Positions 51,480 through 61,526 of a stretch of 64,000 nt of DNA are shown here, piece by piece; positions within the stretch are counted from its first letter, which is position 1, and each line of letters opens with the position of its first letter. Source of the stretch: Amoebophrya sp. A120 (lineage: Eukaryota; Protista; Dinoflagellata); contig CAJINV010000003.1 of the NCBI GenBank assembly GCA_905178155.1, positions 11,759,105 through 11,823,104 of the forward strand, given 5' to 3'. Position numbers and translations under genes: made by a program. The notes beneath the pieces were generated by a model. The model was not told the DNA's origin. It saw nothing but the letters and a program-made list of their open reading frames with translations, and did not search any database.

Positions 51480-53430
51480 CTACTGCTGTTCCTTCTTGTA
51501 TTCGTCCGCCAATTTGATCAAAATCTGCAGGTCCCGGGTTACGTTCGTGATTTCCTGTTCCGACTCGATGAACTTATTTTTCTCTAGCCTCGTGATCACC
51601 ACCACCTTTTTGTCCAACACGAGCATGTCCAGCTTCTGCAGAATTTCCAACCCCGACCGCTTGGCGATGAGCCGCAGCGCGAGCTTGACACAGCCCAGGG
51701 CGAGTGCCCGCGCGGAGTACTTCAGGGGCATCATCGTGCGGAAGCAGTCCAGCACCCGGAGCCGCGACTGCCGCTGGATCTGGGTCAGCACCTCGCCGGG
51801 AAGGGTGGTCGCGGAAGGCGGATTTTTATTGTTCCTACCAGCATTGACTTGCTGCGGTCCACCCCCACGCAGCTGCATAGATCCTCCTTTATTGCCCATC
51901 GGTATTATTCCCGACGTGGATAATTGCTGTTGCTGGGCTGCAGTACTGCCTAGTAGAGTTCTACTCCCGCCAACAACTGCGCCATGGTGCCTCGGTGTAT
52001 TTGATGGGACGGAAAAATCGGAATCCGCAGGGGACAGGGGCGTGTCGCCGAAGAGTTGTGGTGCACCTCCTGCGTTAATACTGCCAGAAGTTGCTGAACT
52101 ACCTAATCCACCGCCGCCTAGCTGCTTCGCGACCGCGAACTGCGTGTAGACCTGCGGAAGTTTTTTGCAGTACCGCTCCACGAAATCCAGCGCAAACCGC
52201 GTCGGCCGCTCGAAGTCAAATTTTATCGCGCGAAGGAGCAAAGACTCGCACTTCACGATCTGCTTGCGGAGTAACTCCCTGCATTCCCTCGTCACCATAC
52301 CCTCCTCCGTCGTTCTCCTTTGCATCAGCTCCTCGTGCTGCCTCGCTTTCGCCTTCTCCTTTCGATTCGTCCCCGTCGTCCCGCTCTCGTTGCCAACAAC
52401 TACGTGTGGACCTGACCTGTCTCCCGTTTTCGCCTTCTTCGACGCCGGAGGTGGATGATGAATACCGGCGCTGTCAACCTCTTTCTCGTCCGAGTTGTCA
52501 ACAATTCTATCCAGTGCGTCGTCATGCAACTCAAGCACCGGTAGGTGTTTTGCGACTTCGTAGAACATCTCCTCCGGAATCACCTTGCCGCGAATCTCCG
52601 GCGTGTTCTATTGAGAGGAAAAATCCCCCCTCCCCATATTGAAGAGGTATGTTTCCAAAGATTTGTGTTGCGGATTTGAGGCCACAAATCACATCTGTCT
52701 TGCAAGAAGACAAGGGCAGAAGCTTCCGCCCCATTATGGAAGCGATTTGCCACGCTGTTGGGCCTAAAGGGGAGCCTTTTGCCATGCTGAACAACTAGAC
52801 CCATACGCCCCTCCCTAGCCTGGGGATCTGGCCGCCATGCCTCTCTACAATACAAAGCTGATTTGTGTACACAGATCCAGCATCAGAAACTTCGTTTTCG
52901 ATATGGGGAGGGGGGATTTTTCCTCTTGATATGTTCGCGAAATGCAGAAAGAAAACGTCGAGCAGCGGATTCAAAACCATGGGCTGCTCAAACACTTTGG
53001 AGATTAGCACCACGCTCGCGAGCGCCACCGTCTCGGGCCGCTCCTGGTGAAAACCTCGGTGACTGAAGAACTGTTGGAAGTAGTAGTGCGCGCCCGCCAG
53101 AAACTCCGACTTTTCGTTGCCGGTCATGATAGAGGAGACGGTGGTTGCTCCTGGGGGCTGCTGCTGCTGCTGTGGTCGTTTTCCTCCTGGTCCGACATTC
53201 CTCGTCCCGGACGACGTTGAAGGCGGATACTGCAAGCCGAACTGCCTTTGCTGATGCTGCTGCTCCTTCAGTTGCCGGTCGAGCAAGAGCTTCTCGGCCA
53301 GCTTGTCCACGAGCACGCATCCTGCGAAACGCTTTTTCCTCTCTTCTTCGGCGGTGCAAAAGCGGGAACTGACGGAAGGCGATATCCAAGCGCTGGATCC
53401 GATCGTGCTGTGACTGAATTCTTGGCTCAT
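51480..53430 (-). CDS. Transcriptional cyclin (cyclin K/T/L-like)
   Basis: Cyclin box AHYYFQQFF...VALASVVLISKVFE, IVKCESLLLRAIKFDF, DCFRT..PLKYSARALALGCV; one introner. Confidence 0.82.
52609..52931. mobile_element. Introner family C
   Basis: C TIRs, perfect TSD TGTTC; frame restored (HFANTPEIRGK). Confidence 0.93.
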
Positions 53431-54191
53431 CGACAGGAGTAGTGGCACTATAAGTCCTCGGGATGTGCTGCAGGAGAATAATCTCGGTTGTCATGTTGCA
53501 CTTGTTTTCTTGAGCAGCCTATTGTCATTCGTGAATTTTTGCATGGCTAATAAGTTGAATACGATGTTGAAAGATTACCGCAAAAGTAGAAATCCTTTCC
53601 TCTTCAGTTGATGACCGTAGTAAAAACTAACGCTTTTCGATGACGTTCGTGTGAGAAAGAGTGCAGACAAAAAAAACCTACGAGCGAAAAGTAACAGCGA
53701 TCCACATTAACATCAAAGATGACCCGGACTGTCTTGAAAATACAGACGTTCGGGTCCGCGTGATCGGCGTATTGGTTGTTCTAATTGACCTCTTTTGTCG
53801 CCTGTGCAAAATGAAAAAGTGAGCGATTACGATACAAGAAAAGGCTATGATCATGATGTTGCAGAACGACAAAAGGCGCAAACAGAAAATTGCGAACAGG
53901 AGCGAGCGCTAGTCACATGTCCGTTCCGTCCAAAGCAAGGTATCAAAATCTGCTGCACGTTGATGCAGTTCTTTGATCTATTCGATTTTCGTTTCCCATG
54001 CTGCGCGTCGATGCCTCTGTGACGAGGTCGTGCAGAGAGTTTTATTGCAAAAATCCTGTGTTCGGAGCCGTCAGCGTGAAACGAACATGGCTTTACCATG
54101 TATCTGTGACAGTTTGGTAGCAATAAAGGAGGAGATGGAGGAGAAAACTCTAGTACAATTCCGGCGGTAGAAGTGGAATTTTTGTAAAACA

Positions 54192-55673
54192 TCACTTACA
54201 CCCTACATGGTGTAAATACGCGTGCACCGCCTGTCCCGCCGGGCGATCGGAGCAAAATTTCCCCGCGCCCTGGTGCATTAAATCGGTTAACGGCCGGTGC
54301 CACTTCTGCTCGCACTCTAGCACGCACTTGTAGTTGCACAGATAGCACTTGTTTCTCACTAACAGTTTCACCATCTCCAGATTCCCGGCCTTGCACGCAA
54401 ACATCAGCGCCGTCTCCCTTTTTACGTTTCTTTCATTCACATCAGCTTTCGCCCCTAGGAGCAGTTTCGCGGCGTGCGTTGCCGTGTGCTTGACACCGAC
54501 TTCCGGGCCGTGCTGGGGCTCCATACTCGTGTTGCTGTCATCCGCGCAGTGTTCCATCAGCTCTAAAAAGGGCGAGACCTCGAACTCCGACGCGACTGCA
54601 CGCACGTCCGCGTTATACTCGTTGATTAGCAAATTAAAAAGCTTCCACCGCTTCGACTTGGCCGCTTGGTGCAGGGGCGTCCAGTTATCGTGCTGCCGCT
54701 TCTGGTTGACATTGGCTTTCTGCTCCAGCAGAAATTTCACCTCGTCGATCCCCGCCCCGTAGCGGAGCGCCGCGAGGAGCGGCGTCATTCCGTTGTTCGT
54801 GCAGTGGTTCAACGTTACGCCGGCGGGCTGGACCTTCACAATAATCTCCGCCAGCCGCTCCACCCTACTCGTCATGCCATTCGCGAAAGCCGCGACGAGC
54901 GCGTGCAGCACGTAGCAACCGGACCGTGGGTGGGCCTTTTCGTATTCTACCGCGGTGTCAACCGGCAGTTGGTCTTCGATCTCGTCGTTCAGCTTAGTCT
55001 GCGCCTCGTCGTCGGGTCTATTGAGGGAGCTGTTGATTTCTGGTACAACTGCTTTATTTTTGTCCTCTGCACGACCAAGAATTCCAATTCCTTCATCCGT
55101 GTAGTAGTTTTCGCTCGACGAATCCCCGATCGTTTTCGAATTCAACCCGGATGTTGAAAAGGCCGCCGCCTGATTGTAATCCCCGCGTATCAGAAGCCCG
55201 TCGTCTACGTCTTTGCCCCTCAGCCCGTGGTTCTCGGCCGAGGAATCGGTGATAAGCTCCTCTTCGTCCGTGTAAATCGGCGTTATTTCGTTCGCCTGTT
55301 CTTGTGCCTGTTTCCGAAATAAATTCTCCTCAACTTTATTCCGTAAAGATTCATCTGCCTTGTCTGGAGGACGGGCTTCAGCGTTTGCCGTGTCTATGTT
55401 TTCGTCCACGGGCCTCAAGAAATCCTCCTTTTTCTGCCTCTTTTGCCTTGCAGGAAACGACTTCTTGAAACTTGTTGGGAAGATCATGGGTTGTTGCATT
55501 TGGTACTCCCCGGCCTTGTTGATTTTTCGAAAACTCCGCTCTTCTGAATGGATTGCGGACTTGTCGGCCAGTTTCTTGACCGGCGGCGTCGGCTGGGAAA
55601 CGGAGGACAGCGACCCGTCCAGGTCCGCGGGAATGCGGAACATGGACAGATCGTCGTACTTGATTTTGCCCAT
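54192..55673 (-). CDS. Ankyrin-repeat protein
   Basis: GMTPLLAA...VKFLLEQKANVN, WTPLHQAA, ETALMFACKAGNLEMVKLLV; ends may involve further exons. Confidence 0.85.
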   Translation of the reverse strand: MGKIKYDDLSMFRIPADLDGSLSSVSQPTPPVKKLADKSAIHSEERSFRKINKAGEYQMQQPMIFPTSFKKSFPARQKRQKKEDFLRPVDENIDTANAEARPPDKADESLRNKVEENLFRKQAQEQANEITPIYTDEEELITDSSAENHGLRGKDVDDGLLIRGDYNQAAAFSTSGLNSKTIGDSSSENYYTDEGIGILGRAEDKNKAVVPEINSSLNRPDDEAQTKLNDEIEDQLPVDTAVEYEKAHPRSGCYVLHALVAAFANGMTSRVERLAEIIVKVQPAGVTLNHCTNNGMTPLLAALRYGAGIDEVKFLLEQKANVNQKRQHDNWTPLHQAAKSKRWKLFNLLINEYNADVRAVASEFEVSPFLELMEHCADDSNTSMEPQHGPEVGVKHTATHAAKLLLGAKADVNERNVKRETALMFACKAGNLEMVKLLVRNKCYLCNYKCVLECEQKWHRPLTDLMHQGAGKFCSDRPAGQAVHAYLHHVGCK

Positions 55674-56389
55674 CTCGATGTGCAGCAGTAAGTATTGAAG
55701 GGGAATAACAAGCACTTTCTAAAACTGTTCCTTTTTTTTCACAATACAACGTCTCATGTGGAACTCACTGTACTACCCGCGATGACGCTCTTTCAGGGTT
55801 ATGCCGACATGGGGCAAACAATGTTGTGGTATTCCGCCTAGGTACTGATGTTGTAGAAAGAAGAACTTCTCTATGTTCAAGGTTGTTGCTAGGTGCACGG
55901 ACCGACAGTCGCTGACGCATACTCAACTTTCAGGTAGCACGTCGCTTTCTTGCCCTGCTACAATGCAACTATGACACAGATCCTGTGCGAACCGACGTCA
56001 TTGTGATATTCAATAATTACCGTCACGATATGAAATCGACCTGGTCGACGAATGCAAGCCACTTTCCCTGCTGCAAGGCTTGACCGGTGCCAACAGTAAA
56101 CCCGGTAAAAACTACTACCCCACGCGAAACGACAAGGAGAACGTGAACGACGAATCATTAATCAGATCTTCTTTCGAACCACTTCTAGCGATTCCAACAA
56201 CAGACTGCCCTATCAGCAAGCGATACGAATGGAAAGAAAAAGTTCGCTCGCGACCGGCACACGAACAGGGAAGAAGCCGTACGTCGTCAGAAAAATTCTT
56301 CTCGCAACGGTGGCAGCACTACATACTATCCCCCTGGCCGCTTCTTTCATGCGAACCTGTTATCCTAGCAGGTCAAACATTTATTGTTT

Positions 56390-58777
56390 TTACGGATTCA
56401 CCCGTTTCAACGACCAGGAGTCCTGCGCTGCTTCAAACCTTTCCATCGTCGCGAAGTTGTCCCCAAGCCGCAAATATTTCACCTCTTTCGGAAACAAACA
56501 CAACAGCATAAACGCGTCGGGCGGCGGCAGGACCTTTCCCGTCTCCGCGTCGCGCCCGCCTTTCGGAACTACTACGCTAGGACTAGGTGGCGGCAATTGC
56601 TCATCTTCGGGCCGCGGCGCTGGAGTACTAGAGTAGACAGGTATATTCATTTTGGCCCCGACTGGTGGTTGCTCCTCTACTCGGTGCACCAGCTCTCCTG
56701 CTTCTAAACCACCCCCAGGTGGTGCACTTGTCTGCTGATGCTGCAGATCCCGGTCTTTCAGAAAGTCGTACTTCCTCGCTTTACTGTAGGGCGCGCCGGC
56801 AAAATCCTTTCCGGGCTCGGCCCAGAAGAACTGCTCGCGCGTGGCGTCCGACAGGTTCTTCCAGTTGTCCGCGACAAATTTCCCGTACACCGCATCGTTT
56901 GCGTCCGCCAGCTTGCACTCGCCAAAAATCCGGTACTGCTCGTTGGTCGACGGAAACCACCACAGCAGCTCCGCTTTCGGATTTTGCAGCAGGTGCCCCA
57001 CCTTCTCCGAACGTCGGTCCGTCACGATCTTTATCCTGAGTAAAAACGTACCCACACCAGAGTTGTCATGCAGATTTTTTTTTTTATATGGCTGCGCAAA
57101 AGATAAAAACTCAGATGATTCTCATTCCTATTTTTGACCTTAATGGCGCAGCGGTGGGCACGTCGAAGACAACACAAGCAGGCGCAGCGGCCATTTTGCG
57201 TTGCGTCTAGTGCAGGTATATTGGGCGTTCCCGTCTGCCTTACCACGTCGCCCGGCCTTGCAAGGATCTGGATTTTCCTGCCGGATGCTCATTGGCATCA
57301 AAATGGCTAGTCGTGATCCATCTCCTTGTCGCTGTCTCGGTGTGCGTGCTGCTTGACAAGTGGCACCCAAAAGCTTTGTTTTTAGTATCCTGACTTAGTT
57401 TCTATCTTTCCTCAATGCTTTCGCGCTCTTTAGGAAGGGTGGCCTTCAAAGCATTTTCTCGCACACTCTATACATATCCCAGAGCTGAGAAAGCATGTTT
57501 TCGACAACAAATAAACTATGCACGTCCGGGATACGTGCACAGTGGTGGAGGAGGGTATTTGGGGTCTGTTTTGGGAGCCAGGCTAGACTTTTGATGTACT
57601 TCGCGGTATCTTTTTGGATTTGGATTTTGTTGCATTTTTTGAAGTACGGAAAGAACGGGATGGAATTCGAAAGGATTGCGCTGTAGACCGTGGAGACAAA
57701 AACGTCAAACTTCGTGGTGATGCGAAGCTTGCACAGTGGGAAACGCAGGCACTTTCTTTGATCATTTTTTTTCGCATTGTTTCGTAGTGGGAAGAAAAAT
57801 CCCACGTCCCATCATAAAAGAACCCCAAAGACCTGCTGGCTTCAGCGACTTCTACCCACTTGCTAACCCCCACATCGTAAAAAACCGCCTCGGATTTCGA
57901 CTCTTCGAAAAAAATGCAACTTTTCTGTCCCACTGCTACCAGGTCCTTCTTGAGCTTGTTCGCCGCTTCTTGATCCCCTTTGCCGCACTGGCTGTTGTCG
58001 TCGCTAAATTGAGTCTGTATCCCTTCCCCATTCCGCATCTGCATCTCAAAAATTAGAGGGCAGTTGTGGATATTGAAGCAACCCCCACTGTACGGGCTCC
58101 CCTGGGGCATGCCAGGGGACAAGTACCAGCGGCGGGAGCCGGTCTTGATCCTGACAGCCCGAAAGGAGAGCCACTGTATTGTGGCGTCAACAGCAATGTC
58201 CTGCGGCACTCCTAGCTTCTTCATTGTTTCACACAAAATTTTGTGTGAAACGAGTTGTCATGCAGATTTGCCATGACAGGAACATTTGTGATGCGCAACC
58301 CCATGACAGGCATTTTCAATCGCGTTTGGGAACTTGTAATGCTGTAAACAGGATCAGCAGATCGATTTGTGACGCGGCTTTCCTTGCTAACTCGCACTAC
58401 CTTACGGACTGAAACTTGTCATGCGTGACTCCCAAAACTGCCAGGTTTGTGTTGCAAAATCCCCATCTTGACTCTGGTGTGGGTACGTTTTTACTCAGGA
58501 TAATCTTCATGGCTTCTTCTACGTTTGGGCCCGAATTAGAGGAAATGTTGTGGGAAGAAGAGGAGTCAACACCTGAAAGAAGATTAACAGCGGGTAACTT
58601 CTCGAAGCCGCGGAACACGACCGTTCTGACCCGCGGATTCATGTCGGGATCCACGGTCGCAAGTTGGACGAAATTCCCGCCGCGTTGCTTCCTCGCCTCC
58701 TTCATCGAGAATTCCAGCCGGTGCCGCCAGCCGGCAAGCTTCTGGGTGGTGCTCACAGGCGCAGACTGGTGGGCCAT
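56390..58777 (-). CDS. Pyridoxamine 5'-phosphate oxidase-like FMN-binding protein (2 exons: 58503-58777 and 56390-57026)
   Basis: VQLATVD...PRVRTVVFRGF, MKIVTDRRSEKV...NPKAELLWWF....EQYRIFG, C-terminal VNP; split by the 1.47-kb element. Confidence 0.88.
57075..58251 (-). mobile_element. 5'-truncated non-LTR retrotransposon (LINE-like)
   Basis: Poly(A)11 tail (T run 57075-57085); 15-18-bp TSD GAGTTGTCATGCAGA(TTT) at 57060 and 58252; RT motifs inside. Confidence 0.9.
57446..58236 (-). pseudogene. Truncated, frameshifted reverse transcriptase C-terminal part
   Basis: GMPQGSPYSGGCFNI (RT PQG motif), QFSDD (YADD-type), SLG thumb motif; continues in another frame 57446-57760 (VYSAILS...KIQ...LPKQTPN). 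Confidence 0.85.
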
Positions 58778-59685
58778 AGCGTAGTTATTGGGGGTTTGGT
58801 TTGCTAGGCAAATGCACTACAGAACGACCACGAAATAACAGATCTGAAAAATATGGAGAGCGACTAAAAGACACACGTCAGAGACAACAATGTCGATACC
58901 CAATTACAATTTGAGGAATGTTTTGAAACGTGATGAAAGAGTAGTACTATAGCGAAAACGAAATATCTTACAGCTTCTCAGGTAGAGGGATCTGTTGCGG
59001 AATCTTCGAGAGGAGGATAGAACAAAAAGAAAAACGACAGTACCGGCGAAAAATCAGACGCAAATCACTTCCATCCGACCGAGAGCTGCACTGCAAACCA
59101 AAGAGAACCAAACGCGCCCTCGTTGTGCGTCTAAATACGACGGAACGGGCAGCTGCTAGGAGCAGAACAATTTTTATTCCAGCAAATCCGAGCCCAGGGC
59201 AGCGCCAATGGAGATTGCGCCCGGAAAGGAGGCGGTGGAGCAAACCTACCACTTCATCTATTTTGACTTTCAAAATACAGGGAGATACAGGTTGTTGTAA
59301 CAATAGCTCAATTTCTAATTCGGCGACCGGAGCTGCTAGACGATCATGCTCAGGTCAGTGACATCAGCAGCAGGGGCGTTATTTTGTTCCTGATCCTGGA
59401 CCTCGCGTCATATAATTTTCCTTCGCCTTCCTGCTCATCACCGGTCGATCGCAATACAACGATTCAATTTTGCGTATCAATATGCAGCACCAGGCCCTCG
59501 TCAATATTTTACTCGAAAGTTATCGCATTTTCTCGGGTTCGTTATCTATTTTATCACTGCTTGCAGTAAAGCTAAAGCTGCCCTCGACAAAGTTTTGCGA
59601 ACAAGGATAAGGTAGTTGTAAAATGGTATGTAAACGGGAAAGAGTGCATCAAGTAATTTTGTATAAAGCTACTTTCCCGACCGCG

Positions 59686-60397
59686 TCACGGTGTTTTCCA
59701 AGCCAGTACCCCCATCTGCCCCACGTAAAAGTGGGTGTGCATGAGAAATCCTCTGTCGAGTCAAAACTAAAACTTCTCTTGCTGTTCGAACAAGATATTA
59801 GCTGCACTCTATGCTATCTACAATCCTACAACCGCATGACAAGTTGTTTGACTCGAGCAGAGATTTGGTATGCATACTAGCAGTAGCACCCCTTCTCGTG
59901 CGTCACGTAGCTGCCGAAGAAGCGGTGTGGGGTGGAAAAGTTGAGATTGTCATGCGATTTTTGATTCTGTCGCGCGGTTTCATCATGCAAGACAAATACA
60001 AATTTCATCCATATGCAAACCTCTGCGTTGCAAGTAGAAGTGCTGAAACTTCGCAAATCCAAACCAATCGGCCATGCCAGGACAAAATTTTCCACACTGC
60101 CATAATCGCCCGATCACCACATGCCATGTGGATTGGTACCTGTTTTTTTCATTGTTGCTGACTTTCATGAGTTTCATAAAATACAACAATAGGAGAGTAA
60201 GAAATTCTGTCATGCGCGTCTGTTGAATTGGATCAAACGAAAAGAAAGCTATACACGTCCTGCATCTCCTTCTTGAGAAACGATGCGACCTCCTTCTCAC
60301 TGTTAAACTGCTCCTGTGCCACGATCGTTTTTGCCACCAGGAAATCCAGCATCTCCTGGGGCATCTCCTGCTGCCGAATGACAGCCTTGGACCCCAT
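59686..60397 (-). CDS. Dynein light chain LC8-type, 4 exons, not recovered by the ORF track
   Basis: Spliced product MGSKAVIRQQEMPQEMLDFLVAKTIVAQEQFNSEKEVASFLKKEMQDVYQSTWHVVIGRFFGSYVTHEKGCYCYFYVGQMGVLAWKTP matches the LC8 signature WH.IVGR.FGSYVTHE...YFY.G. Confidence 0.9.
59926..60104. mobile_element. Degenerate introner in the dynein light chain gene
   Basis: Eroded TIR (GTGGAAAA / TTTTCCAC), TSD AGCGG/ATCGC; removal gives IGRFFGS. Confidence 0.68.
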
Positions 60398-61526
60398 GAT
60401 TGTTCCTAGTTTTTATGCAGCTTACCCTCAATTTCTTTCTACAATCAACTCCTAGACCACGAATTTATTTCACCAGTGCAAAACAGACCGTTGCACTGTG
60501 CCTACAGAAGCGTTCAATGTGGTCAGTCGCAATTTTAGGTGGACGTGGACCCAAACATACTTAATGGAATTGAGGAAGTAGGGCGTCGCACCTCAGAAGA
60601 TAAACGCAAACCGAATCGAAGATCATTTTTTCGTGACACCTCAATAACCTCCTGCTCTCCGTCCTCATCCAAAACTTCACTCCGCGCTCCAAATTAACCC
60701 TCCTTCAAAAGCACAATCTTCACTCAGCGCATCCTAAGAAAGGTATACGAACTTCATCTCCTTTGCTCAAACAAGTACTCTCTCAGGCGTGCGAAAAGAA
60801 TGCTGCGAAAGTAGTACTCAGACTCACCTCCGTGCTGGCAACTCCCCAATAACTAGATCAACGGATTTGGAAATACGAGAGTGGGAGCGAGGATACTCAC
60901 TTGTGCTTCTGCCTCGCGCGTCACCTTCTTTTCACTTTTTTTCTGGCGCAGGCCTAGCGAATGTACATATTGCAATGTAAAATCAAAATTGAAGTTTAAG
61001 TAGATCACTGTAGCCGGGGCATACGAACCCTATCGTACAAAGTTGCATTTCATCGATGAAATTAAACTAATTTTCAGGTGTACAACTTGTCTACGAGGCA
61101 GAAGGACACTACAACCGATAGCAATCAACTAAGCGCGGGATTATACGGTGCCAAATTTCCGTACCACTTTTACTTGTTCCGCGGCGCGCGTAGTAGAGTC
61201 CTACTACTGTAATGGTACCATCGGGCGAAAAATTCAAAAATTCGATCCATTTTGCATTTTTTTCTACTACCATATTGTACATGATTTTTCCAGTTTACAT
61301 ACTTCAGTTTCAGTACAACTCTGTGCGTAAAAATTGACCTTTATTTCTGCATCTGTGACCAGGTTCAATATCATAAGGTGTTCTTGCATCCTATACGTTG
61401 ACAATCTAACTGTATTCAAAGTTTGTTTATTTTCAAATTTGAGTTTTGGCTGTATCGGCTACACCTACTTTCCAACTTCCCTACCTCCCAAGTACTTCCG
61501 TGACCACCACCTCCAACGTTTTCCTC

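Larger units (their letters stand above)
57032..58502. mobile_element. Introner family D carrying a nested non-LTR retrotransposon
   Basis: Perfect 32-bp TIR TATCCTGAGTAAAAACGTACCCACACCAGAGT, TSD ATCTT; without the nested insert it is 279 bp, the same length as the copy at 38112. Confidence 0.94.
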
